A stretch of 64,000 nt of DNA from Catajapyx aquilonaris (lineage: Eukaryota). Both the position numbers and the translations under genes were made by a program. Where the stretch lies: positions 1 through 64,000 of the forward strand of contig KZ538515.1 of assembly GCA_000934665.2 (NCBI GenBank), in the 5' to 3' direction. Shown here one piece after another: positions 10,951 through 23,657 of this stretch (position 1 is the first letter of the stretch; each line of letters opens with the position of its first letter). Under the pieces are notes generated by a model. That model saw only the letters and a list, made by a program, of their open reading frames with translations, did not search any database and was not told the DNA's origin.

Positions 10951-13900
10951 TCACGTTGACTTACTGAAACTTTCTACTAGTGTTTCTTACAAAGGCATTG
11001 GTTTAGAGCATTATTAATGCCTACTTATTTTTTGATACGATGATTACTTATGGAGAGACAGTTAGGTTTACCCATGAGGTTTGCTTGTGGCTGGTGGTCT
11101 ATTGAGGAATTCAGAATTTGAGTAGAGGCACAAAATGTTGGAAATCAATCAGGATATTGATTCTGGATATGAATGAAATGAAAGGAGGTCTGGTTTCAAT
11201 TTGGTTGACAATCTTGACTCGGTTGTCCTTCCTCTTGGGAACAGCCTTTATGAGAATCAGCAAGGCTAGTGAGTGGCTGAAATCGCTGAATGTTCTAACC
11301 GTCATAATACGCAACCTTTTACATATTTAACCAAATTCTAGCTACTGTCAAATCAAAATTGTGACAATATCATAATTTTTGTACTTCATGTCCGCGGTTT
11401 ACATGGGACCTGATTATATCTAGAATAGCATGCATCAACCAGAAAATGAGGTAAACGGCTTTCATTTGGGCAATGAGTTCAAAAACATATATGAAAATCG
11501 ACTTTCCGTCTTCATCATTTATTAAATGGTAGCCGGTCATCCAAAGGTGTACCGTATGAGCAGTGATTCTATTCCGTGGTTGTCTATACAAAAACGAAAA
11601 GGGGGAATCAAAGATTGGCAGGTCACGGTGAAAACGCAACTATATCAGCTGTTTACAAGCCAATAAGAACCGCTCTGAAGTAGTTTCAATCAATGCAGTG
11701 ACTCATTCCCATCAATTTTTACCTCTTGTCACATTTTGCCATCTTGAATAGGTCACCCTTCACAGTCGATTTCTAGATAAGGCCTCCGTCACATACACTA
11801 CACTTGTTCAAACATTGGTGCATGCAACGACGTGCAGCACACAAAGAACTTCAATAGAGGAGATCCCAAATTATCTAAAGAGTGGGGACCTAAATAACTG
11901 TCCCACAGACCTCCCTCCTGCCTTGACCACTAATTTATCTCATATCTGACTGTAATGAGCAGGCGCTCCATGTATTATCTAACATATGTCAAGTCACTAC
12001 CACAGAGGTCAAACATACGTTCTGTGGATTAGTTGGTCACAACAAAGGTGACATCTGTCATCATGGCTAGGGTCAATCACTCATTTTTTTCTGCCTTTCT
12101 GTTTCATTTCCTTCTACCATTTTATTAATCAAGTTTCCCGCGTCTCATCACCAGATAGCTTGGGAGACCTGGACGGGTGGCGTCTTTGCCCCCACACAAT
12201 GTCGATACGGCCCCGTAGTCGGCCATCTTGCGAGCCGCGCCCTAAACCCCGGATCAGACCCATAACCTATGCAGCCCGCCACCCGGTTTAAACCTATATT
12301 CTACAAAGACTGATTAACATTTAACATACATCTTCAAAACCAATATTTGTGCGTGATTCAAGGATACGAAGAACCCAAAGTGACCTCTGACATGACATGG
12401 CAGGTAAATCACAGGCTGAAAAAACATTGGCCAAGTCACTTAGACGCACCTTCGAAGTTTTTTTTTTTTTGAGATAAGAGGGACAAAAAAAAGAGTAAAT
12501 AACATGTTGCTTCTCCGTGATGCAAGCTCAGACCTGCGTGGAGACAAGCGCACGTAACGTTGGAATAGTGGGGGAGCTGGGGGTTAAGGAACTTTCGTGA
12601 ACACCGTGGATACGATCCATACCGCATCGGCTCCGTTGCAAGCCACCAGCGACCCAGAAATCGGCATCGTTTTTCAGTTGGTACAGTATACCCCAAGTGA
12701 GGCTCAGACTATGTTGTTCCAGTGGAAAGAGAACAAAAGTGATGTAAACAAAACGCTTTGGAAATAATAAAAAATGTACATGGTTTTCCTCCATTTATTG
12801 CGTGTTTATGTAAGTTTTTGCCATAGCAGGATTTATCATGGAGAAAGTATGAGTATTTTGCATGATTATTTATAGGAGATGACGAATGGATATTGAAGAA
12901 AATGTTAGCGGGGCTTCGGTAATCGAACTTGGGATTTCTGGAATGTCATTCTTACGCCTGATTCACTATCGGCTAAATGTGGTTTTGCGAGTGACCACTT
13001 CTGATGGTCCTTCCAGTGTAGGATCAAGGGGGTAACCAAAAAGTGTACACCCGTTCCTGGAACCGTCCGGTTCCACAAAGTTGTTACCCCCTTGTGTAAC
13101 ATACACCCATTTTCAAGACAAAGTAGTAGGCCCTAATGAAGTGAGGGACAGTTTCATATAAGCAAAATAGGAACATCTCTGGTTATGTCCAGGAATTTAC
13201 GATATATATATATATACTCGGAAATTATCAGACAGTGACCGAGGCGACGTATGTATCATACTGACCCAAGTGATTGCTGCTGATCTATAAGTTTGTTTGA
13301 ATCATAAACACCTTGTACGTTTACTAATGCAAGGTAACTAATGTTTTTGTTGGCCGGTGACGAGAGGGCATTTGCACTAAATTACGTAGCCTAATGTAAT
13401 GTAAATTCGCAATGAATTTATGACGATTATTATGTACACCAGCGTTTCTCGGGACTGTTAACAACCTTACTCTGATTTTTGATTTTTATAGATGCACCAG
13501 TTTCATCCTTAAGAGGTTGACTGTTCTTTGGTCTCCACAGCCTCGATCATTTTAAAATGCCAATATGTGTCCCTTTTCATGAACTCGCCTTTTAAATTTA
13601 CAGTAGAGTTTTACCATGACATTTTAAATTTTAATTGCGATCTCATTAGGGTTAGCAGGCAGTCGCCGTGTAAGTGTCGCAGACTGCATCCACACTCGAT
13701 GGCATAATGCACTCTTCGATTGATACTAATTACCTCAGTAACGAGCTATGTGAAAACCCAAGACACATCCATATAAAATAATCCCATGCTACTCAGGGGT
13801 TCATTCCAGAACATCGTTATAGAAACAACTGCAAAACAACTTACGTATTTAAATTGAGGCTATATTCAGAAGTCTTGATAAGGAACCTCATTACATCTCT

Positions 13901-14199
13901 ATTCAATATTACACAGCATTGAGGTAAGATTAATTTTCTCCTAATTCATTGCCATGATTCCTATATACTCCTGAGTCCCGAGAGAAAATGCTACTAAGAA
14001 TACACTCGTAATTAAATCGATCCATTTTTTTCTGAAGCGTGTAATGCGTTTCATTGGCTGGAAGGAACCAACAGCACTTTTTGCTGAAGAAGGAAGCTTG
14101 GATGCCTCATATAGGCTATACATTTGATTAGGTACACACGTACACTTCGGGCGTACTTGTTATTTGTGTTAATGATATTGCTGTGTCTCAGATTTCGAG

Positions 14200-14345
14200 A
14201 CACAAAGTGTATGGGAGAAACCCAAGAAAACCCATCACCCAAATATGAGAGAACCCCATCGAAACGCATGAGATTGTCCACTCCCTACCCGGGGATCGAA
14301 CTCAGGACCTCAGAGGTGGAAAGTTGTACCGCCAACACTCCGGTA
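14200..14345 (-). mobile_element. Degenerate tRNA-derived V-domain SINE
   Basis: The minus strand has B-box gagttcgatccc followed by tgggttttcttgggtttctccca. Similar to the copy at 23460-23657. Confidence 0.6.
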
Positions 14346-14680
14346 TTTCCTAGTTTCAAATTTAATTTCTAATTAGGTTCGCTACATGAAAACTAGGCGT
14401 ATATACTGATAGGGTACAGCAGTCATGGTGAAATAAGCAAGTGGAGCAGTTTATACTCCAACATGTCCGCCTGTTAATGGAATTCAATTCAGTGCGCCAA
14501 AATTGTCCTCGGCTAGAACGGCCACTTCGTGCCTAAGGAATTTTGCTGTTGGAAATATATATAGTGTCAGAGAACTACTGCAATAATTGAGAGGTGACTG
14601 AAGGACTTCTGATTGTGAAATTGTGACAATAAACGACATGCACTGCTAGAAATATAAAAATTAAACGGGGGAATCAAATA

Positions 14681-14935
14681 GGGGAGTGGTGCTTCGGTAA
14701 TGTAACTATATGTACGCTTCCACAGATAGAAAGGTCCCGGGTTCGATCCCACGTCCGGGCCTTCCTCCTCATCGTGCGGAGTTGGGTCGTCTCTGGCTCT
14801 GTCTCAGGTACTCTGAGACTATCCATCCTGGGGAACTCACAAAATAATGACCGTGTCAAACACTGCACTTGCACCTCCCCTCCCACTCCCAGTCACCCCC
14901 GCCCTCTGACCCGGGCGTTACACTCCAACTTCTCT
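14681..14935 (+). mobile_element. tRNA-derived SINE, family A
   Basis: B-box gggttcgatccc (~14738-14750); body ggggaactcacaaaataatgacc...cactgcacttgcacc is shared with 15692-15983 and 35420-35636. Confidence 0.7.
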
Positions 14936-15440
14936 TGTGCATATAGAGGACGAGCTGAAAGCATGCTTAAAATTATGAGCTCAATGCCTGCTGAGACTTG
15001 GGCAGCTAGTACACATAATTACGAGTATCCGCCATCGCACCCGCAGACATAGGCCCAGTGGGTATAACTTGGCTAATTACAACTGAACACCACAAACTTT
15101 TCGATTAATTTGAAGTTATTGTTCCACGAAACATGAATAATGATGATCAGAAATGGTAAGTTCCCTAATAATTAGGCCTACATGAGATAGGGCTATTTCC
15201 ATATTTGGTAGGCTCTACAATGCATGCGAATAAAACCCCACATATTTACTATGATAAGTTTATATCAACTTAGGAGATGCGTAACAATTTAATACAAAAT
15301 TTTATATGTATAGGCTACTGGCCATGGCTAAATATTTTTTTTCAAAAATACCCACTGAACAGGAAGACTTAGATTCAGTTACATTTTAGCTTAGACTATT
15401 GCAGATACAGTATTTCTGGCCACGTGCTTGTATGGTATAT

Positions 15441-15456
15441 AGTAGTAGTAGTAGAC

Positions 15457-15490
<34 letters not shown>
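15441..15490. repeat. (TAG)n microsatellite, one interruption
   Basis: Direct reading of the sequence. Confidence 0.9.
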
Positions 15491-15525
15491 CAGGGTAGTG
15501 CTTTCCTCCTCATGCTGGGGTATAA

Positions 15526-15670
15526 CAGTGACGTAGCCCCCCCCCCCCCCGAAATCTTGTGGATTTTTTTAAAAAATAATGTTTTCAAATTGCTAATTTT
15601 TTCCTGATTTTTTTTTGGAAAAAGTGCGGCGGGCCTCCTACCCGCNACTGGAATCCTGGCTACGTCACTG
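15526..15670. mobile_element. hAT-type MITE
   Basis: TIRs CAGTGACGTAGCC / GGCTACGTCACTG. Perfect 8-bp TSD GGGTATAA at 15518-15525 and 15671-15678. Confidence 0.88.
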
Positions 15671-15691
15671 GGGTATAATACAGCATGGATC

Positions 15692-15983
15692 TTTATTATT
15701 ATCGTCGTGTACAGTACATGGTAACAAATTGAACCTTTGTACCCTGGTCCACGGGGAGGGTGACAGGGAGGGGATGTGCAATGTGCAGTGCAATGTAGTT
15801 GCTATGGTCATTTTGTGAACTCCCCCGGGTGGTTAGTCTAGCGGAAATCCCACCCGAGACGAAGCTAGAGATGACCCCGAACGCTCCACGAGATGAAGTG
15901 GGGAATACCCGGGCTTGGGATCGAACCGGGGACCATTACAGCCGTGGGAGCATACGTTACCGTAGCACCATATCGGCCTCGCC
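15692..15983 (-). mobile_element. tRNA-derived SINE, family A
   Basis: The minus strand begins ggcgaggccgatatggtgctacggtaac (A-box-like), then ccggttcgatccc (B-box). Body gggggagttcacaaaatgacc...cattgcactgcac, with an AAT-rich tail near 15692. Confidence 0.8.
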
Positions 15984-16033
15984 TTGTATACAGGGTAGCC
16001 TATAGCTAGTACACTCCGTATAGCCACAAAATA

Positions 16034-16497
16034 CCGAAGCAGTAGTGGTGGAGTGGATTTGGTATCCGACTGCTAATCGGGAGGTCCTGGGTTCGAGTCC
16101 CGGAGGCCGGCGGTCCTGACCTTGGTTTTCTGTGGTTTTCCAAGGTCGCTCCAGGAAAAAATTTCGGGATCGTACCGTAAAATAGGCCACAGCCGCTTCC
16201 TTCCTTTCCTATCCTTGTCCTGTCCTTGAGGAGGCGCGGTGTCGGTGGGGGATTTCCGACCCGCACCTAGGGGTGTCTTGCAGCTTGGCCCCCTGGGGGA
16301 CTGCACACGACCCCCAAATTTCGGACATTGTACTTGCACCCGTATCCCCCACTCACAAATCCCTATCCTGACCCCTGCACCGGAGAGAAAAATGCGATAA
16401 AAATTTCGTAAGAAAAAAATGGTGGTAACCCACCCCCCTAAAAGGGCTCTGTTCCCTGTAATGGGGAAAGCTAAATAAAAACATAAATTAAATAAAA
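16034..16497 (+). mobile_element. Full-length tRNA-derived SINE, family B (long form)
   Basis: 15-bp TSD TATAGCCACAAAATA (16019-16033, 16498-16512). A-box-like tggtggagtgg, tRNA-Ser(GCT)-like loop gactgctaatc, B-box gggttcgagtccc, internal ggccacagccgcttccttcc domain and A-rich tail. Confidence 0.9.
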
Positions 16498-17289
16498 TAT
16501 AGCCACAAAATAGCATTTTAAGATTCGATTATAGCAGGCCATTTTGTCCAACATAATGCAGTCAGCAATTTTTCATTAAACATATTAGGTTCATAATATA
16601 TTTTCAGCCTATATATTATGATCGTATATGCAAGTGATAACGATGGATTACACGCCTCAGTTCCTTCTGAGAACCAGTAACTTATCTGTACAAAATTTAT
16701 TTAGCACGTGATATCTACCGAATAACGAGGTCCGCACCAATTCCTGTTAAAATAGGCCCTCAACTATTCTACGCATATGTGCTGTTCCATCGCATGCCAG
16801 CTGCACAGTATGAGATAATATAGGAAGTTGTCGAGATGCTAGCAATCACAGATTGTCATGGAAATCGTTGGTTTCCCACGATCGCATATACCAAAAAGGG
16901 TATAACGAGGCCGACTGTTGTCATCCTCGCAAGGCCATGCGGTGTTCATTTTATATTTTCTGCTTAAATTACTTCTGAGGAAATATCAAAATGCATTTTC
17001 AAATGCTAAATAATATATCTGAGGTATTCACACAGGGACCATGCATAAATGACGCCACACTGTTTTCCCCTTTCCCCTGTCACACTTCCGTCACACCCGG
17101 TCGAAACCCCCTTTTCCCTCCTTATGAACTGACATCACACTGGCCTTACCCCCTCGCCACTTGTAGGGTTCCATCATGGCATTACCACTAGAAGGAAATG
17201 CCTCACATAATTCTGTTTCTCAAGAGGAAAACTGACATGATAAGCGGTTATTCATACGACAAAAAAAAAAGCACGTGCCTATGTTCAAT

Positions 17290-17345
17290 TTGCAATTCGT
17301 AACATGTTAATGACCTTTAGGTCATTAACATGTTACGAATTGCAA
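17290..17345. repeat. Perfect palindrome, 27-bp arms, 2-nt spacer
   Basis: ttgcaattcgtaacatgttaatgacct-tt-aggtcattaacatgttacgaattgcaa. Confidence 0.95.
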
Positions 17346-17480
17346 CCGATTCTTGTGTCTTTATTGCATGGTAATGTAACACGTGCAAGCATATGCTTCA
17401 CACACTTATTCTTTCAGGTAAATAAATGACCTGCACATGCTGTGGGGAGCGTGCCAACAACATGTTTACACAACATTCCT

Positions 17481-17550
<70 letters not shown>
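17481..17550. repeat. (TAG)n microsatellite
   Basis: Direct reading. It is the source of the poly-Ser and poly-Leu ORFs in the track. Confidence 0.95.
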
Positions 17551-17552
<2 letters not shown>

Positions 17553-18674
17553 CTCCACTAATTAGTCGAAAATTGTATAGTGAAAAAAAATTAGGAGGGG
17601 CACAGGCTTCAGAGAAATGGGAAGTGGGGTGGGTGGGAGCCGTGTTTGAGGGCAATGGACCCAGAGTTTGGCAGCCGAGTTCTCATTGGCCCCGGCAAGG
17701 ACAATCCAACCCTCAAAAAGAAAGAAGAGAGAAAAAAATCTCCCCAATGGCATGAAGGGGGGGGGGGGGGNNNNNNNNNNNNNNNNNNNNAGGGTGGGGT
17801 GGAGGGATGAAGGTGGGTCACAAAAAAAAAAAGGCAGAGAAAGAAAAATCTGGGACGATCGCCAGCAGCATCAGAGTCCTCCAGATATTCCAAGTCACGA
17901 GGCCTTGTGCTAGTAATTTTTATCAGCCCCCCCAAAAAATTTGTTGACAATGAGTATTTCCAACGGTCCCAAGATTGACAGCGACATCATTCCAGGGACA
18001 AGGGTACTATTTTCTATATGAAAGGCGGTAGAAATGTAAATAAACAAATATCTTATCAAGTGAAGCCACCGCGATATCTAATGCCTGATGTAGGCCTACC
18101 CCATTTGTGTTGTTGATGGACACATATCACCTAGTAGCACATACGTCACGAACAGCATACATTGACCTCTCTGTTCCTGCTCCCTGCCCGCCCTCCCAAA
18201 CACATGACGTGCAAGGTTCATCCTACCGGGGTCCCGAAACGTGAGAAGAGAGGCCGTTGCCATAGAAACATGTAAATGCATTGAGTATCGTTTGTTGCGC
18301 TCTGCAGCTGCTTCCATGCTCCCTCGTCATTGTTTCCGCGCAGACATATACTTATCATAATATCATAAGCCAGAAAAAAAGGGGGGGGGGGGGAGGTCGC
18401 ATAACACCCCCCTTAGCAAACGGTTTCCTGCTGCCATGTATGTTATGTACCCGGAACGCCCCTCCTCCGGGTTGGCTATTTAGGATTGGATCGTTGGCAA
18501 CATGGCAACAAGGCCCAAAACCCATGACCCNGAGATGGGTACACGGCAGTGACGTCACAATCCTCCCCTCCCTTCATCTGACACTAAAATGCCCCCCATG
18601 CATTATTGAGTCCCTAACCAAATCTGCATCCACCCTGTAAGGCTACCCATACTTAAAACGAAAAGATTGGAAGT

Positions 18675-18763
18675 TTTTTAAATATAGGTTTACCCCATTA
18701 GAGGGTACCCATTTTAGGGGGGTGGACTACCACCATTTTTCTTACGAAATTTCTTCGCATTTT
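18675..18763 (-). mobile_element. Isolated SINE/LINE 3' tail fragment matching the family B tail
   Basis: The reverse complement aaaaatgcgaagaaatttcgtaagaaaaatggtggtagtccacccccctaaaa...taatggggtaa matches ~16388-16470. Confidence 0.7.
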
Positions 18764-21700
18764 TGGAAGCAAATATTTAATATGGAGGATATACCTTGCT
18801 CGTGTGTCACCCATAAATTACAGGTTCATTTTTTTTAAAAAAAGGAGGGGATTTGACCTGCCGGCCCCTCCGGATATTTTGCATCAGTAACGTGATTCAG
18901 TTCAGGTATGTGTCGTGCTGTCCGTGGCCTAGAAAAGGCGATTACGTTAGCTCAGACCTGAATGAGAGTAAGTTTGGTTGCTAGACTTGCAGGATGCAAT
19001 AGACTCTTCCCATGATAATTTTACCCGAGGCGGAGAGTAGGTTACTTGTTACTGCTGATTTAGGATTATAGTAATAAAAGTTATGGGTGTATCGATAGGT
19101 TATAATTTTTTAAAAAGGCGTTCACAGCTCTCTAAGTTAGTGCCATGTAAAGCGCTAATCCCCCCTCCCAAAAAAAATAAACATCAGGAGAACTATCGTA
19201 AATAATTATACAAAATCGCAATAGGAGCAAGGAACGAACTAGTTATTATTAGTCGATTTGAGATTCCCTCATTATTATACAGAGCTTGATTCGCTTTATG
19301 AGAATGTACACCTCTTGTTGAGCTCCAAAAATTGTTTTGGGAATCTGCAAAAATTATATGAAGAATTTTTATTTTCTAGTGGGGATTTATGTACTTGAAA
19401 TAGTACCCAATGCTTTTGAGTGAAATATCTTTCATTACTTAATGACACTATAATTATTGTGCAGTTATTTTTCCAGGTTCAGTAAAAATTGTGCCCAAAT
19501 TGATGGAAAATGGTTGCTTTAAAAAGTAGTGGCTGAATCAATTGGCACAAAATTTTGCTGAAAAAGGAAGCAAGTTCTACTGGATTTCAAATGAGCAGGA
19601 AAGTAGTTTTGAGGCCGCCTTATGTCATCTGTTTACATTGCGTATAAAGTTAACTGCATGCTCAAAACCACAGCCCTTCAGTCAAGTATTCCACCTTATA
19701 TATTATACCCGTCAGACTTTTAACATCATATTTTGAAATATGAGCCTATACAGTACAGAAAATAACGCCGCTAAAACAGGTTTACAATCAGAGTTAACAA
19801 CCATTGTCCTCATATCCCCCCGCTGTAAATCCGCGTGTGTACTTGCATCAGGCCATGTCTATTCCGGACGCCCCTGATGTGTAGAACTTATTAATTACCT
19901 AGCCTCTATTGGCAGCTGCATTTTGCAGAACACAGGAAGCCACCTGAGACTTGACAATGGCCGACTGCCTGCCCGTGTATTTATCCGGGCAACATATGCC
20001 TCATACTCCTCCCCCAGGCAGCACCCTCTGTACCTCCCCCTTTTTGCAACGAGTTGGCATTAATTAAGGCCAAGACCTATATCCTGTTTGCTCTCTGTGG
20101 GTTGGCTTTATGCGAGACCCTGACCTTCCCCTCCAACCGGATGGATAGGGTAGGTCAGTAAAAGGCGGCCATTTTGGGATTTCTGATAGCGTCCCTATCA
20201 CACACACACACACACATGTACACACACCGTCTCCATCGATCTCATTCAAGCCAATTACACGCATCCGTTGCACACAAAGCAGGGGGATACACTTCCCCAT
20301 CAAACTCCCCTCAGAGGACACATCCCACATATGTGATCGGGTTACACACATTCCCATCCCCCCCTTTCCTTCCCCTCCTACCAATTTCCCCTGCACACAG
20401 GCTACTGAATGCGTGTCGAGCCATTTGGGATAGTTGACACTGGGGGTTCAACAATCTGCTGTCAGGCCTTTTTCAATGTTTAAGCTTGTGTCTGAAATCA
20501 ATGCGAATTGTAGGTAAACTTCGGTATCAACTCAAATGGGTTTGGTTTAAATTTTAATATGTAACATATTGTTTTTTTATATATTCAGAATGCATCAAAA
20601 TAATTGCTCTTAGAACAGTGGTCAGATATACTATAATCCAAATCGAATATCAGGTAAATTTGCTCTAAGTATCTATTGCCCTCATGTTGCTTCAATCTGA
20701 ACCAGCTCTATATGCATATTTTTTTGTGGGGTCTGCCTGTAAAGAGATAACTATTGAACATGGGCCTCTAGTGACGGCTCTTCCTCGTGGTTCATTACCT
20801 CGTTTTGTAAGGAAAGTTTGGCGGCTGTGGGAGTGCTGCGGGCTCCTAAGAATGAAGGTGGGTTGCCTTTACATATATGCTTCGAAAAGGTGGGTTCAGG
20901 CAAGCATGGCAATGAGTTAAGCGGAAGAGAGAGAGAGAGAGAGAAAAAAAATTAATGAACAGATAACCATATGTACGCAATAAAAATTGCTGTTTTGACA
21001 GTATATTGTACAACTGTTATCATATTCGCAAATTATCCTTATCGCTCATATTAGTGGAAACACCCCCTTCCTGTGAAAGGTGGTGCGGTTATTGAGCGAT
21101 TATGTAGTACTGTACACTAAATTGCGGAATAATATACTTGACCTTTCTGTTATCGGCCAATGGATATGCGTAATATGCGATTACAGCAAAATAATTGCGA
21201 ATGTGATAACTTCTTCACAACATCACAACTCCATGTAGCAGATAAGGACACAATCAAGTAGTATTCCACAAAGCCAACCCAGAATTTTCAAATGAACTAC
21301 CCCCCCAAAAAAGATATTTCAGTTTACGCTTCTTTAACGAGCAATATCAAACAATACGATTACTTTAACAGCCCATCACTTTATTAACGAAGGGTTACAT
21401 CCAACTACAAATGACTGAACTTCGCAACTTTCTTCGGATTTGTCACAGGGGTTCAAGCTCCGGACTTACGCGCTTTTATCATTATTTGGAAACTAGAAAA
21501 GGGAGTGGCTGCTGTGGCAGGGCGGCGCTCAGTATAATAGTGGCGCCATCTAGAACCCCCCCCCCCTGCCTTCCCTCTCCTCCACCTCCCCCCCCCCCTC
21601 AATCTCCCCATATTATATACGCTCCTGGTCCTCTCCGAAATCGATCGCGTCAGCATACGCGAGAGAGTGTTGCCAACTGCAAAATTGTCAGCTCCTAGAA

Positions 21701-22437
21701 TCAAGTGCTGAAGGAAATCATTTGCCATATCATCAACAATGTCTAAGGTGCTACATGTCACATCATTCTGCCAGATTTCGTGTTTTGATGTGGGTGTGAA
21801 ATGTTGCGAAATATATTTGAGGGTTCTTCATGACACATATATACAATGGCAGGAGGAATGTTATGATGTCAGGCGTGATGATGGTTTACGCACTGCGTAT
21901 ATTGGCGAAGAAAGGGACAATGTATGGTCTTATGTTATACGTACAGGTGAGCTGGAAAGTACGTATGTGGTGGATCCTACATTATTTTTTAATTGCCCAA
22001 ATTATACTAAACATGCCAGTATGATCATTGTAAACATTATGCGTAATTATTGGTATAAAGAGCAAACGTGAGTGAAGTAAGAGTTATTTCACTTGTCTGA
22101 CAATGCATAAAAGCATACATACTGGATACTGAATAGGGGGGGGGGGTGTTCAGTGAGTAACTGAGTATACCTGCATAATGGGACTGGCAATTCGATTCCT
22201 TGACCTATTCCAATACTAAAATATACTCTACATCTTTTTTGGCTGGGAGGTCTCGTTATGGCGTGCACACATAGAGACATGAGAATTTTGGGTAATAATG
22301 ATCGTGAATATCTTGTTGGATCGACTTGGTTGCAACGTGTGAGTCAAGGGACTTATAACCAGCAGGATATTTCCTAAAATAGAGCTTATCTGTCCTTTAT
22401 GACTATGCATGTTTGTAAGCCTGTTTTTGTTTGGGAG

Positions 22438-22836
22438 GGTGTAAACAGCAAAATCTTATGATCCTTTTCCAATTGAAAATATCTTTTGGTAATTTTTGAC
22501 ACTAACCTGCTTATTTTAAGCAATTACCTTTAGTAAATATCACAATATTAGTTGCTAATAGGCGAATTCCATCATTTGGTAAAAATGCGAATTTCAATGA
22601 TAGTTTCCAGTTGGGAATGGCCCATTGGAACTATTGGAATCGAACGACAATGATACAGTATATAGAACCCACTGATTTTTCCACAGGTCAGACTCTCGTG
22701 CAGGCTTTATGACGGATGGATAGCTAATATACTTTTGATAAACATTTAATGTAACTCTGCAAAAGTAACTACTTTAAAATAAGCAGATTATTTCCAAAAA
22801 ATTGCTAACAACTGATACTCAATTGGAACAACCTGT
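22438..22836. mobile_element. Degenerate MITE (related copies at ~54700-55070 and ~56550-56846)
   Basis: Inverted ctgcttattttaa / ttaaaataagcag arms and a shared core (ttccagttgggaatggccc-like). The right end reads acaacctg|ta. Confidence 0.55.
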
Positions 22837-23459
22837 ATGTTTTCCCCATATTTTTGCAATGAAGCTCTTATTAGCTCCCTTCCACACCCATTGGTACTTC
22901 CAAATATCGATTCATGGCTCTATTAATGATAGCTCCAGTAGTATACTTTACTATACTAGAGCACAGTGTTGAAGGGACAAACTTTAGTAGGTACAGAGGA
23001 TTTCAGCATCAGTTATATTTGCCAAGTAAACAACTTCCTCTCCTGTGGCGATTTTAAATTTTAACAAAATTGCAAAAATTGCAGTGTAACGCAACACAAG
23101 TACTGTATACCAGAACAGAGAGGAAAAGACACACGACTAACAAAATGAGAGTTTCACTCTTTTCACCTTAAATATTATTATATAAACAAATTCCACTAAA
23201 ATGTGAGTGTTCACGAAAAAAAACCCTAGAAGGAATCCTTCATCCATTTCAAATTCTATAGTATAGTACTACATAAAGAGGGAGTATATAGGGTTAGTCT
23301 GAGTGATCTTGTACAATGTTCCATTTTTGGGTCGATAGGTATTGGAGCTTAATCCACAGATCAACATTTGCTTTGGATTTACCGTGTATACAGAACACTC
23401 GATTGAACGTCCCTCTGAAATGAAACGCAATATGTATTCCAGACATGCTTCCTGCCTCA

Positions 23460-23657
23460 AGAAAATGTTAAATTGGTGGAAGTGTACTATGTGGTGATGG
23501 GTTTTTGGTAGTGGGAGGAAACCGGAGAACCCCGAGAAAACCCACGCAAACACGGCGAGAACCCATGGAAACTCTTCCTTCGTCCGACCCGGGGATCGAA
23601 CTCGGGATCTTAGAGGTGGAAGGCTGTGGCGATATAACCACTACACTGTGTCGACCC
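23460..23657 (-). mobile_element. tRNA-derived V-domain SINE
   Basis: Minus strand: cagtgtagtggtta (A-box), gagttcgatccc (B-box), then gcgtgggttttctcgggttctccggtttcctcccact, the V-SINE central domain motif. Confidence 0.82.

Noticed and set aside
8200..13100. Several 60-100 aa ORFs that might be exons or a decayed transposase
   Set aside because: I found no recognisable domain or consistent exon chain by eye. A BLASTx/HMM search would be needed to exclude remote homology.
16034..16110. tRNA-Ser(GCT)-like gene
   Set aside because: There is no acceptor stem or long variable arm. It is the head of a TSD-flanked SINE.
17398..17755. Poly-Ser/poly-Leu ORFs (likewise poly-Tyr/Asn/Ile ORFs at 58.4, 62.3 and 63.6 kb)
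   Set aside because: They are translations of microsatellites.
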